From an archaeon (GTDB taxonomy: Archaea; Nanobdellota; Nanobdellia; Pacearchaeales; GW2011-AR1): DNA of 64,000 bases. The notes under the pieces are model-generated. The model did no database searches and was not told the origin of the DNA. It saw only the letters and a program-made list of their open reading frames with translations. Below are positions 36,745 through 44,807 of this stretch, piece after piece (position 1 is the first letter of the stretch; each line of letters begins with the position of its first letter). Position numbers and translations under genes: made by a program. The stretch covers positions 64,001 through 128,000 of the forward strand of contig JBDRNU010000015.1 of NCBI GenBank assembly GCA_043810775.1, read 5' to 3'.

Positions 36745-37323
36745 ATGGATCAATCAACAGAAACTGAAGTCAGAAATTTTGAACTATATAGTGCTCTTCA
36801 GGCAAGTCCTCACTCTAATCAAGGTCAGATTGATAGGGCATATAAAAGGCAAATTGAATTTCTTCAAGCTAAGCTGGAAAATTATGAAATAACAAAGGTT
36901 AATTTAATTGCAAGAGCTGATAAAAGAGACCCAATTGACAGAGTTGAATTAATAGCTGAACTTGCACAAGCTCGTCTTGAAATTCAAAATTTTCATACAG
37001 CAGTTGAACAGGCTAATCATACTTTATCTAATCCTGTAAGGCGTGCAATATATGATTGTACTGGAGAATATGATAAAATTTTTCCACATGAATGCAAACA
37101 TAGAATATTTCAACCCCAAGAACAGCATGATATCCCTAACTTAAGAGAAATTCAGGAGCAAATTATGGCAGGAAAAATTAGACATGTTTTTTATTCAGGT
37201 CCAGAAGGAACTAGCATGGGTTTTGAAAGTTTTTTGAGTCAATCTCCTTTTTTAGATTTATCTTTTATGGAAAAAATATTATCTGAAAGAATGAAAAGAG
37301 GATTTAAAGATTTTTTTAATTAA
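36745..37323 (+). CDS. Degenerate J-domain-like protein lacking HPD
   Basis: LY..L.......I.RAYK and A...LSNP.RRA.YD..GE match J-domain helices. The HPD loop is replaced by a long helical insert. Confidence 0.55.
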   Translation: MDQSTETEVRNFELYSALQASPHSNQGQIDRAYKRQIEFLQAKLENYEITKVNLIARADKRDPIDRVELIAELAQARLEIQNFHTAVEQANHTLSNPVRRAIYDCTGEYDKIFPHECKHRIFQPQEQHDIPNLREIQEQIMAGKIRHVFYSGPEGTSMGFESFLSQSPFLDLSFMEKILSERMKRGFKDFFN

Positions 37324-40300
37324 TATCAACTGCCCTTGTTTTAATGCTGCATCCCCCAGGCTCATTATTGAAAATATCTCTGCACTTAATGTGGTAAGTA
37401 TAATCTATCTGCCATCCAGTAGTATGGAACCTGTCACTTCCACTCATCCTCTCACCTTCATTAAAATCAAAATAGCAAGTATCAGTTGAATAAGCACAAG
37501 TAGATGGCTCTTCAGTTTCTACTACTAAACTTCCACCATCATGATAAACTCTGGTAATTACAGGATATCTGTTATCTACACTAATCTTAAAATCAGTTGA
37601 ATAATTTGCTTCATTTTCAGCTACATCCTTGCAATTTATTTTGTAATTATAACTTCCTGCATACATTGTAGTCAGCGTTGAGCTATGATAATTGTCAAAA
37701 GTTTCCCTAAACCTGTCATTCCATCCATATGGTCCAAGTTTCCATCTGCATTCAGATTTTCCATCTTCAGCTCCTCCACTAGTATAAGTTTCTAGCTTAA
37801 TGCTAACTGGTTCAAATCCAAAAATAGCCTCTCCACTTGGATAAGCTCCTTCTACTTTTAATGGAGATAAGCTTGGATACAGCGAATAAGGATAAGCTTG
37901 GGTGTTTGCGTTTCTTTTGCTTTCATTTTCTCCAGCATACCAAGGCTGGTCTTTGCATTTGAAATAAAATTCATTTTCTTCAAGAGTAGTATTCAGCTTT
38001 AAAGCAGTGTCGCAATTAAATCCCCATACAGTTGGTGTTTCAAATACATCAGCTGAAGGGCAAGTAAATTCTCCTTCCATTAGCTCATAATCTATGAATT
38101 CTTTAGTGCTCCATCTGCAAGTCACTGGCTCATTTACATAAATTGTAATATTTTTTTCACTGGAATTATATTTAGTGTAGGCATAATCTTCTGGAATTGT
38201 TTTTTGAATTCTGGGAGCAGTTAAATCAGGCCCTGGCTTTACACAGAAATTAATAACATAGTCAGCTGGAGTCCAGGCTCCCCAGTCATCCTGACATTTT
38301 ACATAGAGGTTATAGTCTGCAACTCTGTTAGGGTCAAATCCATGAGCTCCTAATGCATCAGGGCTTGGCAGATTAATGCTCGTTGAGTGATTTCTCAAGT
38401 ATAAATTTCTATTGTTGAAAAATTGAGGCATATTTTCATAAGGCATTATTCCTGGTTCTAGTGAATACTTGCACTGTCCTAGCTCATCTAATGAAATTCC
38501 AAATTGCACATTAGTCCATGCTTGTATGCATCTTCCGTCTTGTTGCCTTACTTTATAGCCATTGTTGGAAACTTCTGTATAAGTATAATTTTCAGTTACA
38601 ATATTATACCAGGGTGAAATTTGTGGAGGAATTGCATCTTGCTTGCTTGCCTCACATATTTCAGCTTCACTTCCCTCATTAAAAAAGTGGCAGGCAGCTC
38701 CCAAGCTTGAGCATCTGTATTTTGAGCATGGATGCATAGGATTATCGTCGCAATTTCCGCAATCAGAGCCGCCAACAGGCGGCTGCCATGGCATGCAGTT
38801 AAATGATACTGTATGCTCTTTTGTATCTCCTATTCCGAGAAGTTTTGTAACTATTGCTACTATAATTATAAATAATATTGCTAATGGGCAAAGAATACCA
38901 GTAGAGCACAATGTCATAATTCCTACTTGCATATATGCAGCAACAGCTCCAACCACTAATCCTGCAACAGCTCCTGCAATAGTGACAATTAATAATCCCT
39001 CTCCCTCCAATCCAAACATTTTTCCAATCATCATTCCTATCATTGCACCAACTGCAACTCCTATAGCTATATTTGCAAATCCTGCAAAAAACCCAAATGA
39101 TTGCGAACCTGATATAACTCCTGACGCCGTTTCAGTAATTACTATTCCTTTAGTAAGTGAATATGAAACCACTAAACCATCAGTAAGCGCTGCTGTTGTT
39201 ATCATTCCAACAGCCCCCACACCATAAGCCCCTGTTGTTCCCAGCATAAATTTATACATTGCATCAGAATAATCAGCTTCTTCATATTCATCTAACTCCC
39301 CAATTCCCAAGAAACCATAAAAACTGCTGATATCTCTTGCATCAGCAAACTGCCCTTCAATTGGTTCAGCATATTTCTCAAATTTTTCCAAATCAGATTT
39401 TTCTAATCTAGGAGCTCCAGTTACAGAATATCCTCCATCTGTAACTTCTCCCTCAATATTAACATAAGCTCCGCAATCTCCAAGCGAAACACAATAATTA
39501 TTCATTTTTTCTGCAAATTCCTTGCTTTGGCAATCACAATTAAACTCGCACTCCCATCCATCAACATGCTTTACCTCAACCCAAGTGCAATCAAGGCTTG
39601 CTCTTCCACATATAGTTGAAGCAACATCATATCCTTTTTCACTCTGAAAATCAAAACCAGGAGAATACTTTGGAACACATAAATCAAAGCTATAATCAGA
39701 GTCAATGTCAATTTTCTGCACTCTGCACACAAAATTCTTTTCGCACTTGTCAGTTTCAACTTCCTTATTATAACTTAGGCATTCTTGCCATGGATTTATC
39801 ATGCAAGAAGCTGTAGAAAATTTTTCTCCACTAGAGTCATCAACTATAATATCACTCTGAACACATATTTCAGTTCTATAATCCCCGCAAGGGTCAATCT
39901 TAACCTCCCCATTCTGGCAATAGTGCTTCCAGTGTCTCGAGCCTACTACATCAGTTGAAAATAAATTATCCTCTCCATCTATTATTTGAACAGCAGCTAC
40001 ATTAGGAATATCTTCTGATTTTGATTCACTTTCTCCAATACTTCCATCATACACACACCACGACTCTCCATTTCTTCTTGCATTTCCTTTTTCATCAATA
40101 CAATCCATATCTCTACAAATATACTCTCCTTCTGCAGGTGTAACTCCAGAACCCTCAGCCCCCCCACATATACTTCCTAACATATAAAAACAGTTTCCAC
40201 AGCTAAGTGAATTCGCATTGCCATTAGCATTAGTAGGATTACAACTTTCATTTTTTTCTAACACCCACCCATTATTCCAGCTTGCATCTCTATCAGAATC

Positions 40301-41074
40301 ATAAATATTTTCCATATTTCCACAAGAATCAAACCAATAAACCTCATTATACTTATTTTTATTATCAGCACATCCAGTGCTTGCCTGTCTTGTGCAGTTT
40401 GTTTCTAATTCAGAATTTGAACATAATACATCTTCATGAAACTCTCCACCACTACTCTGGCACTCTTGCTGAGAAATAAATTCGCAATTATTTTCATCTT
40501 CACCATAATAAACACAAGCTCCAGTTGAAGTAGTTGAAGCAAGAGCAATACACTCTATCTCATAAATAACATCTGGTCTGAAGTCAAAATCAAAACCATA
40601 ATAATCAGCAAGATAATTACATCTATCTCTAGTAACAAACTGAGTCTCATCTCCTAAAACACAGCAAGCCTTCTGGCATTCTGCAATATTGCAAGCAGGT
40701 TCATCAAACCATTGTCCTCCATCTTGTTCGCATTTAGCTTTTGGCGAGTTGCTTGCACAAGTTCCTTGATAGCTATCAAAGCAGCATCCATAATCACAGT
40801 TAGTAGTATCTTCACAAAATCCAGGGAAACACCCACTAAATCCTCCCTGGCACTGCCCTCCACACTGCTCCCAGACCATTTCCTGGCATATGCTATTATT
40901 ATTAGTAACTTCACAGCATTGTGGAGTTAATGGTTGTGCTTCAACCACTTTAATTTCATCTGTGATAATTCCAACTAAATAGCAAAATGCAAAAATAGCA
41001 ATTACTAAGTTTAGTATCTGAAAATAGCTAATTCTAGCTTTTCTGCCCAAAACCTCTTTTTTATTTATTTTCAT
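37316..41074 (-). CDS. Giant Cys-rich secreted/membrane protein B with central Gly-rich hydrophobic core and C-terminal Ig-like domains
   Basis: Shares GESWC.YDG, PC.D.R.E.C, C.S.GDC...VN..G, PCS.YRC.SLG.AC, GPDLT.P and FYF.CKDQP with 32227..35877. Confidence 0.75.
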   Translation of the reverse strand: MKINKKEVLGRKARISYFQILNLVIAIFAFCYLVGIITDEIKVVEAQPLTPQCCEVTNNNSICQEMVWEQCGGQCQGGFSGCFPGFCEDTTNCDYGCCFDSYQGTCASNSPKAKCEQDGGQWFDEPACNIAECQKACCVLGDETQFVTRDRCNYLADYYGFDFDFRPDVIYEIECIALASTTSTGACVYYGEDENNCEFISQQECQSSGGEFHEDVLCSNSELETNCTRQASTGCADNKNKYNEVYWFDSCGNMENIYDSDRDASWNNGWVLEKNESCNPTNANGNANSLSCGNCFYMLGSICGGAEGSGVTPAEGEYICRDMDCIDEKGNARRNGESWCVYDGSIGESESKSEDIPNVAAVQIIDGEDNLFSTDVVGSRHWKHYCQNGEVKIDPCGDYRTEICVQSDIIVDDSSGEKFSTASCMINPWQECLSYNKEVETDKCEKNFVCRVQKIDIDSDYSFDLCVPKYSPGFDFQSEKGYDVASTICGRASLDCTWVEVKHVDGWECEFNCDCQSKEFAEKMNNYCVSLGDCGAYVNIEGEVTDGGYSVTGAPRLEKSDLEKFEKYAEPIEGQFADARDISSFYGFLGIGELDEYEEADYSDAMYKFMLGTTGAYGVGAVGMITTAALTDGLVVSYSLTKGIVITETASGVISGSQSFGFFAGFANIAIGVAVGAMIGMMIGKMFGLEGEGLLIVTIAGAVAGLVVGAVAAYMQVGIMTLCSTGILCPLAILFIIIVAIVTKLLGIGDTKEHTVSFNCMPWQPPVGGSDCGNCDDNPMHPCSKYRCSSLGAACHFFNEGSEAEICEASKQDAIPPQISPWYNIVTENYTYTEVSNNGYKVRQQDGRCIQAWTNVQFGISLDELGQCKYSLEPGIMPYENMPQFFNNRNLYLRNHSTSINLPSPDALGAHGFDPNRVADYNLYVKCQDDWGAWTPADYVINFCVKPGPDLTAPRIQKTIPEDYAYTKYNSSEKNITIYVNEPVTCRWSTKEFIDYELMEGEFTCPSADVFETPTVWGFNCDTALKLNTTLEENEFYFKCKDQPWYAGENESKRNANTQAYPYSLYPSLSPLKVEGAYPSGEAIFGFEPVSIKLETYTSGGAEDGKSECRWKLGPYGWNDRFRETFDNYHSSTLTTMYAGSYNYKINCKDVAENEANYSTDFKISVDNRYPVITRVYHDGGSLVVETEEPSTCAYSTDTCYFDFNEGERMSGSDRFHTTGWQIDYTYHIKCRDIFNNEPGGCSIKTRAVDIN

Positions 41075-41077
41075 TGT

Positions 41078-41848
41078 TTAAAATCCTGCTGGAATTATGC
41101 ATCCTCTTACAGCAAATTTCAGTCTATCTTTAGTATATTTATCTTCAACTACATAAATTTTTGCAGCATTTTCATTTCCACCATGAGTATATCTTTCAAC
41201 ATAAACTTCAGGATATAGCAAGCTGTATCCAATATACTCAAAATGGCAGTACTTCGCTTCCTGGTCAACAATTTCTACAGCTATACTAGCCAAATCATAA
41301 AGCGGAGTAGCTATTACTAGCTTAAATTCATCATATTTTTTTTCTTCACCCTTTCCAGAAATTTCAATAGTTCTGTCAATATCAACTTCTAATTTCCTTG
41401 AAGACAGTTCACAATTTACTTGCATAGCACCCCTGTCTTCTAGCACAATATCAAAACCCTTTTTTTCATACTCTTCTTTAAAAGCTTCAAAACAAGAATT
41501 AATTTTATCTTCTGAATTATCAGTAATTTCATTTTCAAGATGCTTGAAATACATTGGCTCCTGGTTTACACAAGGATAATAATAATTCATATTATAGCAC
41601 AAATAAGCAATTTTATTTCCTTCAAATAGCTTATAATTTTCAGGCTCTAAATATCCTCCTTGAGCAAGCATCTTTTGAATTACACTTTCTTCAAAACACT
41701 CAGTCAAATAAGCTTGAGGCTCAGGAAGCTTAGCTGGTCTAAAATTAATAATAGTATCTCCTCTTAAAATCATATAAAAAACAATTGAAACTAGTATAAT
41801 AATTCCTATAATTACAAATATAGTGATTTGCGCCCTCTTTTTTAACAT
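41078..41848 (-). CDS. Pilin-like protein (KKRA/QITIFVII), paralog 2
   Basis: Class III signal-like N-terminus. Paralog of 35879..36655. Confidence 0.7.
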   Translation of the reverse strand: MLKKRAQITIFVIIGIIILVSIVFYMILRGDTIINFRPAKLPEPQAYLTECFEESVIQKMLAQGGYLEPENYKLFEGNKIAYLCYNMNYYYPCVNQEPMYFKHLENEITDNSEDKINSCFEAFKEEYEKKGFDIVLEDRGAMQVNCELSSRKLEVDIDRTIEISGKGEEKKYDEFKLVIATPLYDLASIAVEIVDQEAKYCHFEYIGYSLLYPEVYVERYTHGGNENAAKIYVVEDKYTKDRLKFAVRGCIIPAGF

Positions 41849-41894
41849 TATATAAATAAGAAAAATGACTTTATAATATTAACTCTTAATTAAA

Positions 41895-42617
41895 TTAATC
41901 AGTCTCTACTCTCGGAGCCAGAATAAAAGTCAGCTCAAACTGTTCAGTTTTAAATTCAAGCTTTAAAGGATAATCATCTGAGAAGTTAATATAAGACCTG
42001 TCAGCAATCTTGCAAGCTTTTGCAAATTTTTGCAAGTATTCTAAACTATATCTTGAAACAGCATTTTCTCCGCTAATTCTAACTTCATCACTTGAAAACT
42101 CACTCTTAGCTGAATTTAATCCTTTAGCTTCAATTATGAATTTGTCATTTAAAACAGAAAAAGTACAAGCATCAGCCACAACAATACAGTCTTCAACAGC
42201 CTCCAAAAAGTCTGAACTTCCCATTTCAATCTTGCTAGTAAATTCCAGATTTGGCTCAGTTTTTTCTTCTGATTCAATATCAATTAAAGCTAAGCTAAAA
42301 GTCCTCTTTATTTTATCATGAATTTCAATCTGCAATATATTATCCTCGGTTTTCATAACAAGAGTACTTTCAGGATAGCATCTTCTCAAAACATTTTTTA
42401 AGCTGTCTAAACTAACTCCTATAACTTCCTCATCTACTTCTATTTGTGAAAAGAACTTAGCAGGAAGCTTAAATGACACTAAAGCAACATTAGCAGGGTC
42501 AATAGCAATTATGCTTAATCCTTGAGTATTGACCTTAATTCTTACTTCAGTAACTAAGTCAGAAATCAAGCTAATTATGCTGGTCAATACCTTATTATTC
42601 TCAATTTTCAATAGCAT
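41895..42617 (-). CDS. pcn: DNA sliding clamp PCNA
   Basis: AIDPANVALV, YSLEYL, DYPLKL and FILAPRVE motifs. Confidence 0.96.
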   Translation of the reverse strand: MLLKIENNKVLTSIISLISDLVTEVRIKVNTQGLSIIAIDPANVALVSFKLPAKFFSQIEVDEEVIGVSLDSLKNVLRRCYPESTLVMKTEDNILQIEIHDKIKRTFSLALIDIESEEKTEPNLEFTSKIEMGSSDFLEAVEDCIVVADACTFSVLNDKFIIEAKGLNSAKSEFSSDEVRISGENAVSRYSLEYLQKFAKACKIADRSYINFSDDYPLKLEFKTEQFELTFILAPRVETD

Positions 42618-42727
42618 AATCCTTAAATATCCTAAAAGATTTTTAAGCTTTTATATACTGGTATATATACTCTTTATTAAAGAGGCTAAGGGCAAACATT
42701 TTCATAAAACAGTTAATTTGAGTTAAA

Positions 42728-43981
42728 ATGGGAGAAGATATAACTAATATAACCCCTACTTATTACTCTAGAAAAGATATACAAGAAGCAATTTTCAGCT
42801 TTTGTAATGGGAGAGAAGTAGTCCCAAGTTATAAAATGGAAAGTTTTGGAAAGCGTCCAGACACTTTGGAGTATCCTTCTGATATAATGCATCACGTCAA
42901 AAAAGGAGCAACTTCTTTGCACTGCTCAGAGGAAATCTGGAAAGATCCCTTGCAACTTTCCACATCCCTATCAGAAGACCAGCTTAATGATTTAAGGCAG
43001 GGTTGGGATTTACTAATAGACATTGATAGTAAATACCTAGATTATAGTAAGATTTCTGCAGAACTAATAATTGAAGCCCTAAACTTTCATGGAGTTAAAA
43101 ATATTGGATTAAAATATTCAGGAAGTAAAGGTTTCCATATCATAGTGCCTTGGAAATCCTTTCCAAAAGAAATTAATTCCCAAAAAATGAGCTATAAATT
43201 CCCAGAAATTCCAAGAATAATCTCTATTTATCTGTCAAATTTTATAAAGCCCAAACTAGCTGAAAAAGTAGCCCATCTTACAATGGAAGATAAAAAATCA
43301 TATGTCCGTGATTTTGATGCGCATAAAAAAGTAATGCCAGATATAATTTTAGTTTCCTCAAGACACTTATTTCGCTGCCCTTATTCACTTCATGAAAAAA
43401 CAAAACTTGCAAGCATAGTTTTGGAAAAAGATGAGCTAGCTGATTTTAATCCAAGAAGCGCAGATCCTCTAAAAGTTAAGGTAAAAGAATTTTATCCTAA
43501 AGCTCGCGATGAAGAAGCTCGCGAATTGTTAATTCAAGCACTAGACTGGAATCAAGAAAACAAGCAGGAAGAAAGCAAGGAAAAATTATCGGAAAAACGA
43601 AGAACAAAAACCTTTCAGAAAATTGAAGTAGATAAAAGCTCAGTTATATATCCTCCTTCAATTAAAAAAATATTACTAGGTTTGCAAGACGGAAGAAAGC
43701 GAGCCTTATTTATTTTAATAAATTACTTTCGTTCTCTTGGTTTTGAGCAAAGCGAAGTTCAGGAAAAAATTGAGTCTTGGAATAAGAAAAATAAGCCTCC
43801 TTTAAAAGAGGGGTATATTAAATCACAGTTTGCTTGGACTTTTCGCCAAAAGCAAATACTACCTCCTAACTATGATAAGGATTTTTATAAAGGGATAGGA
43901 ATTATCCCAGATGATGAGGAAATTAAATTAAAAAATCCTGTGAATTATACTATAAAAAAATCAAAATGGCGCAAGAAATAA
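42728..43981 (+). CDS. Fused archaeo-eukaryotic primase (PriS catalytic domain plus PriL-CTD/PriX-like domain)
   Basis: AEP motifs WDLLIDID, SGSKGFH and D....RHLFR.PYSLH. C-terminal PP.I...L.GL.DGRKR.LF.L domain. Confidence 0.88.
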   Translation: MGEDITNITPTYYSRKDIQEAIFSFCNGREVVPSYKMESFGKRPDTLEYPSDIMHHVKKGATSLHCSEEIWKDPLQLSTSLSEDQLNDLRQGWDLLIDIDSKYLDYSKISAELIIEALNFHGVKNIGLKYSGSKGFHIIVPWKSFPKEINSQKMSYKFPEIPRIISIYLSNFIKPKLAEKVAHLTMEDKKSYVRDFDAHKKVMPDIILVSSRHLFRCPYSLHEKTKLASIVLEKDELADFNPRSADPLKVKVKEFYPKARDEEARELLIQALDWNQENKQEESKEKLSEKRRTKTFQKIEVDKSSVIYPPSIKKILLGLQDGRKRALFILINYFRSLGFEQSEVQEKIESWNKKNKPPLKEGYIKSQFAWTFRQKQILPPNYDKDFYKGIGIIPDDEEIKLKNPVNYTIKKSKWRKK

Positions 43982-44751
43982 TTAATGTTACAGATATAAC
44001 TGAATATCTATTTTGTCCAAGAAAAGTATATTTAAGGCTAGTTAAAAAAGTAAGATTTCCTCCAAATCAGGCAATGATTAAAGGTCAGCTTAAACATAGA
44101 GTTTTTGATACCTTCAATAAAAATGAGCCAGTTATAGTATCCTCAATTGAATCAGTCCTTTCTGAAAGAGAAATAATTAATCTTTATAAAACTGAACTCT
44201 TAAAAATAATTCAGGAAATTCAGGTTGTAAATTCAAATCAGTTTTTAATGTTTAAAATTGACAAGAGAGAATTTTCAGACTCAATTAATAAACTAATTGG
44301 AAAAGAAATAAACTTGAGGGCAGGCTCAGTTCTTCAAACTCTAAAAAAAGGTTTTCTTGGAAAAGAACTCTGGAGAAACCTAGCTCCTAAATATTTGTCT
44401 GAATTTAAGATAATTTCAGAAAATATAGGTTTAAGGGGAAAAATAGATAGGGTAAAATTTGAATCTAGTATAACTCCTTATGAAATTAAAACACGTGCAG
44501 GAATATATGATTCAGATAAAATACAGCTAGCAGCCTATGCCTTACTGCTCGAAGAGGAATTTAATAAAAAAATTGAAAAAGGATTCATTGAACATTTGGA
44601 AGGAAGTGAAGAGATTCTACTCACTGAAGAATTAAAAAACAAAGTCTTAGAAATAGCTGATAAAATAAGAAAAATGAAAGACTCTCCTGAAATGCCTTCT
44701 AATTTTAATAAATGTAATTCATGTTTTTTTAAAAATAAGTGTTTTGAGTAA
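43966..44751 (+). CDS. Stand-alone Cas4/Dna2-like PD-(D/E)xK nuclease with four-Cys Fe-S staple
   Basis: FCPRK, G.ID, EIK, QL.AY and C..C.....C motifs. No cas1 or array in the window. Confidence 0.85.
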   Translation: MAQEIINVTDITEYLFCPRKVYLRLVKKVRFPPNQAMIKGQLKHRVFDTFNKNEPVIVSSIESVLSEREIINLYKTELLKIIQEIQVVNSNQFLMFKIDKREFSDSINKLIGKEINLRAGSVLQTLKKGFLGKELWRNLAPKYLSEFKIISENIGLRGKIDRVKFESSITPYEIKTRAGIYDSDKIQLAAYALLLEEEFNKKIEKGFIEHLEGSEEILLTEELKNKVLEIADKIRKMKDSPEMPSNFNKCNSCFFKNKCFE

Positions 44752-44807
44752 ATTTCCTTAAGTGTTTCTTGCATAAGATATTTAAATAGAGTTTTTCTTA
44801 TTTAGAT

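Noticed and set aside
38643-39227. 194-aa plus-strand ORF inside giant protein B
   Set aside because: Antisense shadow of the Gly/Ala/Ile-rich segment. It has no motif or expression signal of its own.
29580-41848. Provirus or conjugative element
   Set aside because: No integrase, terminase, capsid, relaxase, VirB4-like ATPase or att repeats were seen. The cluster adjoins core genes (PCNA, S-layer).
43966-44751. CRISPR-Cas locus suggested by the cas4-like gene
   Set aside because: No repeat-spacer array, cas1, cas2 or effector genes are visible in the window.
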